A stretch of DNA of 64,000 nucleotides from the human T2T-CHM13v2.0 reference genome, Homo sapiens. Below the pieces are notes generated by a model. It was given only the letters and a program-made list of their open reading frames with translations. It was not told the DNA's origin and made no database searches. The position numbers and the translations under genes were made by a program. Within the stretch, counting starts at the first letter, position 1; each line of letters opens with the position of its first letter. Positions 40,360 through 52,872 of this stretch are shown piece by piece. The stretch lies in assembly GCF_009914755.1 (NCBI RefSeq), contig NC_060925.1. The stretch is one strand, 5' to 3'.

Positions 40360-41611
40360 GCTACCAGACCAGGCTTCATAAACTGGTAAACATAAGAATG
40401 GGCCAAAGACTTCAACCCATCTGTGACTTGGCATTGTCTCTGAGGGGGGAAATTTTGCATGATCGCATGGAGAATGGATTTTGTTGCTTTATCTGATATT
40501 GTCCTCAGCTCCTCCTGAATTTGCCGAGATCTTACAGCAGTCAGTAAGGTTGGTGAGTTCTTTCGTTGTTTTAATTTGAGTGACTTTCTGGGAAAAACTG
40601 TGGATTTCGGCCAATATGCTGATGATAATAGCATTGCTTTGAAGGTCTTGTTCTGTAGAAAATCATTTCATAGTTAATTATGTCAGCAAATCAACAGCAA
40701 CCTCTTGAAGAAGAAAGCAGTGAGGGGAGAAACTGTGTATATGTTTAAATTATTCAGAACTCAAAGAGAGGTCAGGAATTCACATTTCAAAAGGAGGAGT
40801 CTATGTAAGAACAAATCATTAAATTTGCATATCTTTTCCCCATTATGGGCCTAGTTTTGTAATTGGCATATTAGGGATTAAAATGAAATAACCCTGCATT
40901 TAGAATTAGGAAATGACTCCCCCTGTCCCCCGACTATCTCCCTTTCTGTCTCCAGGGTCCTGGCACAGGAGTAAGAAACTATCACATTTAAATGTCTGCA
41001 TTTAGAGAACTCAGGGTGTCCGTTGGGTTTGTAGAAGATGGACTGACTCTGTTGATTCACTTGTCGGGTGGACCCTTTCTCCATCGTCCTTCTCTCCTCA
41101 GTGTGTGTTCCTATTTAAATGGAGCCCCCTGCTTGGGAGGGAGACTGCTCCAAAGAGGAGCATGGTGCTTCAGCCACAAGCCACATAGAAGGCTTGCTCA
41201 TAATGCTGCTAGAACTCTGCAGAGGAAGAAAGTTTTTTAGGGTCTTTTTATTTTAAGAGATATTTGACTATTTTATATATTAATAATCCTCTCCTCCTTC
41301 ACAACCCAGTAATTCCCCTTATTACTACATTACAATACATTGTGCTCATACAAGGAAGGTAGGGAGCAGAGCATTTTCAGTTAATATCTAATGTTTCCCA
41401 CAGTAGGATTTATCGTGACATCAGGTAGTCTGTATTAACTGGATCATGGAGAAGGCATTTCTAATGATCATCTGAAAAGGCTTCACAGGATTAACAGATT
41501 TGAAACTTCATTCTCTGTGTGCCCAGGACACAGGCAGCTTGGTTAGTGTGGAAAGCCAAGTCATTTCAGGGATGGTAGAAAGAGTTCAGCTCTGGCTGAT
41601 AACAAACCTGA

Positions 41612-42676
41612 AATTTTTTTTTTTTTTAAAGATTCTTTTTTTTCAATATTTTACTGTAAGTTCCAGGATACATGTGTAGAACCTGCAGGTTTGTTACATA
41701 GGTATACGTGTGCCATGGTGATTTACTGCACCTATTGACTGGTCCTCTAAGTTCCCTCCCCTCGTCCCCCCACCCCACAACAGGCCCTAGTGTGTGTTGT
41801 TCCCTTCCCTGTGTCCATGTGATCTCATTGTTCAGCTCCCACTTATGAGTGAGAACATGCGGTGTTTGGTTTTCTGTTCCTGTGTTAGTTTGCTGAGGTT
41901 GTTGGCTTCCAGCTTCATTCATATCCCTGTGAAGGACATGATCTCATTCCTTTTTATGGCTGTGTAGTATTCTATGGTATATATGTACCACATTTTCTTT
42001 ATCCAGTCTATCATTGATAAGTATTTGGGTTGGTTCTATGACTTTGCTATTGTAAACAGTGCTGCAATAAACATATGTGTGCATGTGTCTTTACAGTAGA
42101 GTGATTTATATTCCTTTGGGTATATACCCAGTAATGGGATTGCTGGGTCAAGTGGTATTTCTGGTTCTAGATCCTTGAGGAATCGCCATACTGCCTTCTA
42201 CTCTTCCACAATGGTTGAACTAATTTGCATTCCCACTAACAGTGTAAAAGCATTCCTGTTTCTACATAGCCTTGCCAGCATCTATTGTTTCTTGACTTTT
42301 TAATAATCGCCATTCTGACTGGCATGAGATAGTATCTCGTTTTGGTTTTGATTTGCATTTCTCTAATGATCAGTGATGTTGAGCTTTTTAAAATATATTT
42401 GTTGGCTGCGTAAATGGTCTTCTTTTGAGAAGTGTCTGCTTATATCCTTTGCCCACTTTTTGATGGGGTTGTTTCTTTTTGTCTTGCAAATTTGTTTAAG
42501 TTCCTTGTAAATTCTGGATATTAGTTCTTTGTCAGATGGGTAGATTGCAAAAATTTTCTCCCGTTCTGTAAGTTGCCTGTTCACTCTGCTGATAGTTTCT
42601 TTTGCTCTGCAGAAACTCTTTAGTTTAATTAGTTCCCATCTGTCAATTTTGGCATTTTTTTGCAATTGCTTCTGGC
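41612..42676 (-). mobile_element. L1PA (approximately PA7/PA8) 5'-truncated copy
   Basis: Poly(T), 3'UTR and ORF2 ([15 protein letters not shown]); flanking CAAACCTGAA repeats. Confidence 0.88.
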
Positions 42677-43494
42677 AAACCTGAACTTTAATATGGCTTT
42701 GTCCCTCTAAGGGCTTTGTGACTATCAACAGGATATTGACTCTTTCAACATTTCAGTTTCCTCATGTAGATGGGAGAAACAACATATACTTTGGTAGGTG
42801 TTATAAATGTGGATTCTCCTCTCCTTTTCTCTGTAAAGGGAATGGCTTGGTAGGTCAACAGAAGAAGGCATTATAAACAAGTAAATGTGCTTTATTGGAA
42901 CACAAGGGTTGAACAGAACCCTTGGGAGGGTGTAAGCAGGGTTTTATGGAAGATGGTATGGGAGATCTGAAGTTTAATTTCTTTAAGGGGATGTTTGTTG
43001 GTGGAGTTTGGGGATGTCATTTGATGAGTCAGATTTTTTCATCCATGATATCTTTAGGACCTGTTCTGTGCATTTGGCTTCAGCCAAGTTTGGGTTTTAT
43101 GTTTCCCTTGTGACTGCTGTTGGACATTACCTGTGTGGCTCTTGGAAGGTTATGGTTTTTGGCCACCATTCAAGATGGTTCACCATCCAAAACTGGCTCA
43201 GTTTGGATTCTTGTGGCTGCCACATTGTGAGGCACACATGGGGATTTGGTAGGTTCTGTCTTTTCTGCCTTTTGGAATCCAACTTTAAATTTAAAAGGAT
43301 AGCCAACTTTTCTACTGTCTTTCTGATTTAATACCATGTCCCTCTTCCAATCATCTGTTAGTCTTTACAAATGGGCTCAGTAAAGAGCATAAGGATCCCC
43401 AAAACCCTGAAAAATACTGAGTTTCTGACCTAGTTGGTCAGAACTGTTGGAACAGTAATGAGAGCAGTAAACTGGTACCTCCATTAACTGCTGA

Positions 43495-43695
43495 CTTGTT
43501 GCTGTGTCCTCACATGGTAGAAGGGGCAAGAGTCTTCCTTGGGCCTCTTTTATGAGGATACTAATCCCGTTCATGAGGACTCCTTTTTCATGACCTCATC
43601 ATCTCCCAAAGGTCCCACTTTTTAATACCATCACCTTAGGGGTTAGGTTTCAACACATACATTTTTGGAGGACACAAGCATTCAGACCATAACAT
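43495..43695 (-). mobile_element. MaLR LTR fragment
   Basis: ctgtgtcctcacatgg...aataccatcaccttaggggttagg...cattcagaccataaca. Confidence 0.7.
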
Positions 43696-43861
43696 TAGAC
43701 TGTCAGTTTGTTAAAATTAGAGATAATGTATTTTTCAGCCCCTTATTCCTAGCATCCTGGCATAGTGAAAGCACTTAATATTTGTTTGTTTACTGGAAAT
43801 CAAGCTGTTAGATATGGCGAGAATGCCTAGGTATAGATAACACATATTAAAAGATGTGGGT

Positions 43862-44652
43862 GTCAGCAATTGCAAAAATGTGAAAACAACCTAAATGCCC
43901 ATCAATCAATAAGTGGGTAAAGAAACTGTGATATATGTATCACACACACACACACGCACGCACACACACACACACATGATGGAATACTACTCAGCCATAA
44001 AAAGGAATGAATTAATGGCATTCTCAGCAACCTGGATGGGACTGGAGACTATTATTCTAAGTGAAGTAACTCAGGAATGGAAAACCAAACATTGTATGTT
44101 CTCACTCATAAGTGGGAGCTAAGCTATGAGGATGCAAAGGCATAAGAATGACACAATGGACATTGGGGACTCAGTGGGAAAGAGCGGGAAGGGAGTGAGG
44201 GATATAAGACTGCAAACAAAGTTCATTGTATACTGCTTGGGTGATGGGTATATCCAGATCTCACATATCACCACTCAAGAACTTACTCATGTAACCGAAC
44301 ACCACCTGTTCCCCAAAAACCTACGGAAATTTTTTTTTTCTTTTTTTTTTTGAGACAGAATCTCGCTTTGTTGTGTTGCCCAGGCTAGAGTGCGGTAGCG
44401 CAATCTCGCTCACTGCAAGCTCTGCCTCCCAGGTTCACGCCATTCTCCTGTCTCAGCCTCCCGAGTAGCTGGGACTATCGGTGCCTGCCACCACACTCGG
44501 CTAATTTTTTGTATTTTTAGTAGAGACGGGGTTTCACCGTGTTAGCCAGGATGGTCTCGATCTCCTGACCTTGTGATCCGCCCGTCTTGGCCTCCCAAAG
44601 TGCTGGGATTACAGGCGTGAGCCACCGCACCTGGCCTAATAAAAAAATTTTT
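43862..44652 (+). mobile_element. L1PB 3' end with internal (CA)n; antisense AluY inserted in its tail
   Basis: MEYYSAIKRNELMAF motif; TSD TTAAAAGATGTGGGT at 43847 and 44653. Confidence 0.85.
44330..44637 (-). mobile_element. AluY-family element
   Basis: ctgcaagctc...ttcacgccattctcc; ccgtgttagccaggatggtctcgatctcc. Confidence 0.9.
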
Positions 44653-47600
44653 TTAAAAGATGTGGGTTTCAAGAGGTGATTCAGTGTTGGAGGTGAAGGT
44701 TGATTTGAGGCCCACACTTTGAGTAAGAAGGCTGTAGAGTGTCTTTGGTGATGCTATACTGTTACACCCAAATTTTCCTTCTGTGCCTCCCAGTGCCATT
44801 GATTCTTTCTGGTTATAAAGGAATTGCCCTTTTAAAGGGCTCTCTGTGCTCATTATTTCCTTTAATCTTCACAACAATCCCTTGGAGTAGTTGTATAGAA
44901 TTCATGAGTCTCATACCTGTGAAGAGAGACATCAGTGAAGAGACTTACCCCAAGTGAGTCAGTGGTAGACACAGATGGGACAAGCATCTGGTTTCCTATT
45001 CTGAATAGAATATGGTGACCCTGATATTGATTTATTTTTTAGTGTTGTGGAGAAGAATTGTCTTCATTTCTCCCAAATGCAGTGACTATTTGTTAGTCCA
45101 TTCTTCAGCTCCTTATTGAGTACCTACTGCATACCAAATTTATTTGTGTGTGTATGCACTGGGGATACAGAGGTGGATAAGATAGACGCAGCTTATGTCT
45201 TCAGTTGTCAAGACACAGTCCTGCATTGCTTAGCAGGATGACTTCTGCACTCCGTCTTGGAGCTTCTTTTGAGAACTTCTGGGCTCAGAGACTATGTGTG
45301 TGATGTTGTTTTCTCATGTTCTATGGTGTCTGGGATCTTCAGAGCCTGTTAGCCAGCTGGCTCCAGGAACCTATGTGTCATGGGTTCCACAGGTGAACTT
45401 CTTGGTACTGGGGCTCTTGAGGTCTCTCCAGTTGGTGACAGGAAACATTCCAGGTGTGAGTGGCTGACCCTCAGAGTAGAGAAAGGGTTTTGTTGGTTTG
45501 TGTTTTGTTTCTTTGGATTTACCTCTGGGTTTCTGAGAACTGACATTTTCATAATCTGTTCCTTCTCTGCATTATGTTAATAGACTTTTCTGGGGCAGGA
45601 AGAATTTAGTGGATGTCATTTGTTAGCCAAGGTATATGTCTGCTTTTTTTTTTCCTTCTCCCCTCCTCCCATCAATCAAAGGATTTCTTAGTTTCTTATC
45701 TGTGAATCACTCAGGCTTCCACTTAACTGCCAGTTCAGTTTCCTCCTTGCCCATCCTCCCTTCTCTTTTCTCCTCTCCTTCCCCCACTTCTTTCCCCCAT
45801 TTCCCTTTTTTCCCTCTCCCCACCACACTTCCCTTTCCTTTCCCCCTCTTTTCCTTTTCCTCAGATTCTTTTGAATTTTTCTTGATCTGCAACAAGCCAG
45901 GTCCTTTGTTAGGCATTAGTGTTAGACATCAGTGATGCATAAAAGATTGTTCTGCTCTTCCAGGAGCTAGATAAGGGCCTGGTTCCACTTCTCAGTATTC
46001 AGGGAATGGATTCCCTGCTTACTCCCTTCCTTCCTTTGGATGCCACAAAATGAGCACTTGACTGAAAATATGCTTATACGCGTTTTTACAGACTACGCCA
46101 AGCCACAGGTATGTCTAGATGAAAAATGTGTTGTGCCATTGCTACAGACTCTAAAAGTTTGGGGAACCATGGAAGTGTTTGGGTTTCTTTTGAGCCAGTC
46201 TTGGCAACCTTAAAACTTTTAGAACTGTCTCCCCTTGGAGGGAAAGGCGAAAAAGAACTGAAGAGGAGGCCTTAAGAAATTTTCATGTTTAGAGGTAAAG
46301 TTTTGGTTAGCAAGCTGGTCTTTTCTTCCTATTTATTGTTGGTAGAGCCCATAGAGAAACAACTATTATTGCCAAATCAGCTCTTTCCTTCTCATTTCAA
46401 ATTTTTCCACCATCTTAGAGCATGTAAAAATTGTTGAAAGTGGTATTCAGTCATTTCTATTAAGACTGAGGTGGGCAAGCTTAACTCATTGTTCATCTTT
46501 TTTCTTCCCAATCTTAGCAAATCCCTGATTGCAGTATAACTAACTAAATAAATTGCACAGGACTTGTGTACATCAACTCCCAGCAAAGTCCAAAGATCAA
46601 AGTTGAAAGAGGATACTGAATTCCTTCCCAGATTTCTGGGACACTGCTTCTGTGCACTGTCACCAAATAAATCCTGGAGGAGTGGCGCCTTAAGAAATAG
46701 GGTAAGCTCATCCGCTTCTGGGAGATTGTCATCATAGGCAGCAATCTTAATGCTCTGAGATGCTTCAGAGGGAAAGAAGGGGAAAAGTATAAAAGAACAA
46801 TCCCCACATTATCGGTTTTTAGCTCAGTATTTGTAGCTTGTACCCCCTTCTTAGGATTGCTAAAACCCGTTTGCAAAGGACAGCCCTCTATTTCCAGGTC
46901 CCCTTTTCCTTTTTTCACACTGCATTTGAGCAGTTTGCACATTTGTTGAAGAATCAGCCACAAAGTCTGTGGTTTCCTGTGGCACATTTCTAACAATATT
47001 TATACAGGCTATTATTTAATGAACTGTATAAATATTTATACAGAACAGTCTTTTGATCATAAATAGGGGCTAAAAGTCAGTCCAGTCCATGCTGAGGACT
47101 TGGACAGGAGGCTGTTTCTGTGCTTTGAAATGTCTTGTAGACTGAGAAGTTAGGTATGTCCCAGGACTTGTACGCAGCACAGCTTGAATTTCTGTTATTT
47201 TTCTTTCTCTTGGCCGTCCACAGTCCGTGCCCTCATTTCTTTCCGCCTGACCACCCTCCCCATATCCCTAACAGCTGTTTTCTTTTTAGAGTATTTATCT
47301 TTGCCTAAGAAGAATGAAATGAAACCCCAGTTCCGACTCTCACCATTCATAATGCGGTCTTTGGAGTCACACTGACTTAGCCTCAAACCCCAGCCCCTGT
47401 GCTTCTGTACCATGCAACTTTAAACAGCTTCCTGTCTGAGAACCTCACTTTCCTTAGCTGGGAAATGGGGCTCATACTGCCTACCTCACAGGGTTGCTAT
47501 AAGGATTAAATGAAATCATGGAGTCACATGGTGATCTGCAGCTCAGAGCTCAATAGATATTTCTTGCTGCATTTGTTGTTCTTATTGAAGAAGTAATCAA

Positions 47601-50600
47601 AGGGTTTGGCTTTCAGTTTTAGCTGGATGTTGTGGAAGGAGCCCTAAACTTGCCGCAAGAGACTGTGGTTCAAATCCTGATGCCATTTGCTGTTTGTGGC
47701 ACTTTGGGCAAATTACTCCACCCTTCTGAGGTATAATAAAGTGGTGATAGGTTTACCAAACTGATTGGGTTTCTGTGAATGAGATTAACATTGTGTGGGA
47801 ATAAGTGACACGATGATGATCCTTATCCTTGTTTACTTTACAAACTAGAAAAAGGAATAATGCTTTCCACTTTACAGTTACTTTACTTTTTGAGGCCAAG
47901 GGGTACTGGTTGCATAAGATTAGGAGTCTAGGACGCAGCAGATCATATTCATGACCCAGGAACAAAGGGCATAGAGGGGGAAGAGCAGGGGACCTATGAT
48001 GCAGAAAGTCCTTTGCTGGAGCTCACAGGTCGAATTTCAGGGAAGCTGCCCAAGGGCTTGAACATCCCTGCTTTCAGGTTCCAGGTATGGAAATAATCAC
48101 AGAGATCAGTTAAAACTATAATAATGGGAAAAGTGGTGAACCTGAAATATGCAAGTAGGATCTATTTCATAGAAAAACATGAACTGGGTGATGTGTGTGA
48201 ATGACGCTGGGATGGTTTGACTCTTTGCTGCATGGTGCCCTGGTAATAAGTTATAGAAATCCATATTTTGCTAGAAGCAGGCCACCTGGTGTTGTGGAAG
48301 GGTCAGTCTCTGAAGATGAACAGCCTGGGTTCTGAGTCAGCCAACCTTAGGCACAGCAGGCAGAGGCCCCCAGCAGAGTCCTTGACAAATGGGCATTTAG
48401 TAAATAGAGGAATAGCAGGAGGCAGTGGAGCATCCTGAGAAAGGTTAGGGCTGATGGAACCGGAGGGAATGGATTACTGTCAATTGTATTACTGCCTAGT
48501 AATATGGCATACTGGAGCAAGTTACTTTACCTATCTAGGACTTATTTTCCTCATCAGTAAAATGGGAGTGATCATAGTTATTGTCTTCAAGAATTGTGGT
48601 CAGGCATTGTAATCAAGCTGCTTAGCAGAATATCAGATATGTGGTAAACATGGTACCTTTTTTTATTTCCCCAGTGATGAATTTTAAAGACATCCATTCA
48701 CTGAGTTACAAGGACTTACTGAGCTCCTGCTGTATGCCAGGCACTGGGCTTACAGCTGTGACACAGGCGGCAGCTGGAATTAACTGTAATCATACCGCTC
48801 CATTCTCCATGTGAAGGGTGGGCTCCTGCCAGAAACCAGAACTGGAGCAAGCCCAGGGCTAACTGTAGAGTGGAAATCTGCCTCTTTGGGTTTTACTGGA
48901 AAGGAATCAGAATGTGGGTAGGGTGGTAAGATGATGTATTTTATCATATTACTCTCTTCATCAGAGAGGGAGTCAAAAGTGAGGAACCCAAGCCTGAGCA
49001 CGTGGGCCAGCCCCATGGGGAATCTGTCTTGTCATCGGGGCTGGCTGGAGTAGAGACAAGTCTGGATGCTGGCTGGCCAGGTCTGTGTAAGCCAGGGTAT
49101 TGAATAGATTTTTCATTTCCTATTTATTTCTTTGTTTCTTCCTAAGCGTTTATAGTAGTCTTGCAAAAGTCTTGCCAAGGGCAAAGAGTTGTTAGCATGC
49201 TAGGATCAGTGTTAAGGAGCAGCACCCCGGGGGCCTTTGCAGTAGAGACAGTGGGAAGCCCAGAGAGGGGATTCCAAGTAAAGTAAGCAGCTGTGAGAGG
49301 TTGGTAGAGGGAAGGTAGAGTGGCTAGCTTCAATCTTCTTCCTGTTTGCAGCTAATAAAATTGAGGAAACTCAGCGAAGGCATTGCCCCTATTTTGTCAA
49401 TCAGTGTATCCTCAGCAGGCTTCCTGGTGTTACTGTCTTCTGCATTTCTTCTGAGTCTCAGATGTCACTGATTGCAAGATGCACCATTATTTATTATTAC
49501 CATGAAGTAAGAAAGGAAATGATACCAATTAATTGTAACATACCATTGATTGTAAGGTTCTCACTGGTTTTAGAGAAGCTAAATATGGAAAAATGAGTGC
49601 CGTAGAATGAATAAAATGTGGTTGTAAAATGAATAAAACAGGCATGGACCTGTTCATCCTTGTTTCTGTTAATTCATTGATTCAGTTGTTCATTCAGTAA
49701 ACATTTACTGAAAACCTATTATGTGCCAGACACTGTGCAAGGAGCTTGGGATACAGAAATCAATAAGTTCATTTTTTTCAGATTCAGTTAGGAAGACAGA
49801 CATGGAAAGAAAAATAAAATTGTGATTCCAGAGTGGTAAGTTTTAAAAGAAAGCAGGGAGAAGATACCATGTTGGCATCCTTTGTATGTATGCAAGGGGA
49901 GAAAGGGAAGGAAGCCTTTTCCAAGGAGAATTGATGGCTGACCTGGGTCTTAAAATATAATTCAGTGGTCACCAGGCAGACAAGGAAAGGAGAGAATTAG
50001 GAAGGGATGAGCAAAGGATTGGGGCAGCCTTTAGCAGCTGGGGGCAATTGAGAGCTTATGAGGAGTTTGAGGATGTCTGTAGCCTGGAGTGAGAATGAGC
50101 AGGACTGTATTAGGCGGGGCTGGATGGCAGGCAGAGGGAGCCTGTGGAGGGTGTGAGATCCCGTGCTGAGGCCCTGGGGTATATCACAGCTCAAAGCTGG
50201 TGGTTTTCAGTTGTCCTGAGAGAGGGCCTAGCAGAGGGACTGCTGGGGGGAAGGGCTGGAGGGTGGGGCAAGGGCGATCTTTGCTTCAGAGCAGCTCTGT
50301 TTTTATCTGTTTTGTTTTCTTCAAATAATGGCTTGAAGAAAAGGTATCACTGTTGAATGAATGAAGGAATGAATGATTTGAAAACTGGTGCTAATGGTCA
50401 TATGGAGGTCCCCAAGGGGAATGTAAGCAAGGGAGAGAAGTTGAGGTTACACACCAGTGGAGGTCTGATGAAGCTCCTATGAACGGAGCAAATGTTACTT
50501 CTGCAGCTTCTCCATTTTATTTTTCACCTGCTCATGAGCCACAGAGCCAAAAGGGGGACAATTCTGTTGGGAAATCATTGTGATTAAGACAGAAGCAATT

Positions 50601-51921
50601 ACTTTTAATGAAGTTTTTATTGTTTTATTTGTTTTTTACTGGAGTAAATATCTAGGAAGCAGTAACTGAACATCTGCTGGTTGATTTTCTTTCAGAATCT
50701 CCATGTTTGACTTGGCTAGGGAAACATTTTCTTTCTGAAGTTGAAGGATGCAGAAGGTTGCCCAGGTTGAAATTAGACTCTGGGTGGTAAAACTGCCTTG
50801 AGCTCACCTGGAGAGTTGTAGGGCATCCACCTGCTCAGTTGTGTTGGGGGCTTGTTCTTATTCTTTCAAAGCCAATCTGGAAAATAAAAGCCTCTATGAG
50901 ATTCCATGTCATGTGGGCTAATCTGACCAAAGGGACTTAGAGCAGCCATGAAGGCCAAGGAATTCCTGAATGTTCTCTGGTCAGATTTCCTTGTAACTCA
51001 CAAGGGGTCTGTAAGGAAAACAGATTGTCTAACTAATTGCTGATCTTGTCTCCTCGGGGTTCCTTCCCAATTCCCAGTCACTTCATGACAAAGCTGCAAT
51101 ATATTTGCCTCTTCTCCAAACCTATACAGAAAGCTTTTAAGAAACAAAGGAAAGAGCATGAAACTTGGGATTGCACAAATATGGGACTTTAGGTCCAGGC
51201 TGCCCCTGAATGAAGCTGATTAAATTCCTTAACTTCTCATAGACTTGCTTCTTAATCAGTGTAGTGTGTATCATTATAATAATGTACATTTACTGTTTGA
51301 ATTTATGAGTAGACCTAGCTAGCATTAAGCAAAAAGTTACTTATCTCTTGGAATCTCACCTTGACCACCTGTAAAACAGAGATGTAAATAGCCTCACCTT
51401 CTAGAGTCATAGTGAGGAGTAAAGGGGACATAAGCACTTTTCACAGTGCTTGCGTGTAAGAGGTACTTAGTAGGTAATTGTTGAATGAATGACTGACTAG
51501 GAGGACAAGGTTCCTTTTCAGTACCTTGGCTTCTGTTCTTGTTGATTGAAATTCACTGAGAAGAAACTCATCTCCATTGCCTCCAGATTCTAAGTTCTCC
51601 TACCACCCTGTACTTGCCCTTACAGCACTCATCACAACTTTGCCTAAATAATTATGTATTTAAATCCTGACTCTCTCTCAAGAGTGGAAATGCCATGTCT
51701 GAGGCCATATCTGTGCTGTTCACCCACCATGTAGCTCAATGTTTATTAGTATACTGTTATCACTAAAAATGTTTGTTGGATGAATAAATAACAAATGGCT
51801 ACCGGTTAGGTAGCGGTACCTCTTTTATTTCTACTTTTGAGATGTTTTGTGACTGTCTTTGCAGATCCACTTGGTCTTCATATGGTTTTTACACTTGCTT
51901 ACTACAGGTGGAGGAACTGCA

Positions 51922-52122
51922 ATGTCTGGTGGAGAACAGAAACCAGAGAGGTACTATGTGGGTGTGGACGTTGGAACAGGCAGTGTCCGTGCAGCTCTGG
52001 TGGACCAGAGTGGGGTCCTGTTGGCTTTTGCAGACCAGCCAATTAAGAATTGGGAGCCCCAGTTCAACCACCATGAGCAGTCCTCCGAGGACATCTGGGC
52101 TGCGTGCTGTGTTGTCACAAAG
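51922..52122 (+). CDS. FGGY: FGGY first coding exon (N-terminal 67 aa of FGGY carbohydrate kinase / D-ribulokinase); exon spans 51908-52122 with 14 nt of 5'UTR
   Basis: Translates [31 protein letters not shown]...[18 protein letters not shown], containing the FGGY-family phosphate-1 motif GxDxGT and the xEQxxxxIW motif. Acceptor ...ttgcttactacag|GTG at 51907/51908; phase-0 donor AAG|gtatgg at 52122/52123; 201 coding nt. Confidence 0.96.
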
Positions 52123-52649
52123 GTATGGGCAAAACTGGTGTTCTCTCCTTGTTCATATTCCTACCTGCTGAGTGTCGTGTGTCAATCTGGTGCCGTAAAC
52201 AATGTTGGGGTAACTTTAGATGCAGAGGTAAGCAAGACATAGGCCTTGCCCTTCAGGAGCTCACAGTCTACTGGCAGAGACTGATAAACAGCTAATATAT
52301 GGTAAGAGCTGGGATCAAAGTAACTATAGCTGGAGCTGGGGAAAGAGCTAACCGGAGGGGGCTCAGGGAAGACAGGACAGCTTGAGGTGTGACCACATGT
52401 GGAAGAATTCACTGATCACCTTATTAACATTTACCACGCCTTTAATGTGTGCCAAAGGCTGTGTAAAATGTGTTAACTTGCACTGTGTAGTTGCATCTTC
52501 ACATGACCCTATAAAGGTAATACTGTCACTACCCCTATTTTATTGAGGGAGAAATGTAGGCACAGAAAAGTTAGGTAACTTACTCAAGTTCACACAGTAA
52601 GTAGCAGAGGCAGGACTAGAACAAAGCAGTCTGACTCCAGAGGTGCGCT

Positions 52650-52872
52650 CTTTTTTTTTTTTTTTTTTAATTAAAAAAAGTTCAATGGGTTTTTGGGGAA
52701 CAGGTGGTGTTTGGTTACGTAAGTTCTTTAGTGGTGATTTCTGAGATTTTGGTGCACTCATCACCCAAGCAGTGTACACTGTACCCAATGTGTAGTCTTT
52801 TATTCCTCACCACCCCCCAGCGCTTTCCTCCGAGTTCCCAAAGTCCAATTGTATCATTCCTATACCTTTGCC
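52650..52872 (-). mobile_element. Short L1PB-type 3' end inserted in a MIR
   Basis: Poly(T), tttttggggaacaggtggtgtttggttac; flanks gaggtgcgctctt / gaggtgcactctt. Confidence 0.8.

Noticed and set aside
46544-46996. 150-aa minus-strand ORF in unique intronic DNA
   Set aside because: Non-ATG start, no recognisable homology, and a length compatible with chance.
51798-51814. Small hairpin gctacc-ggtta-ggtagc upstream of the acceptor
   Set aside because: A 6-bp stem is expected by chance in 64 kb.
51859-51921. N-terminal extension of the FGGY ORF shown in the ORF track
   Set aside because: It starts at a TTG inside the intron, upstream of the splice acceptor; the supported start is the ATG at 51922.
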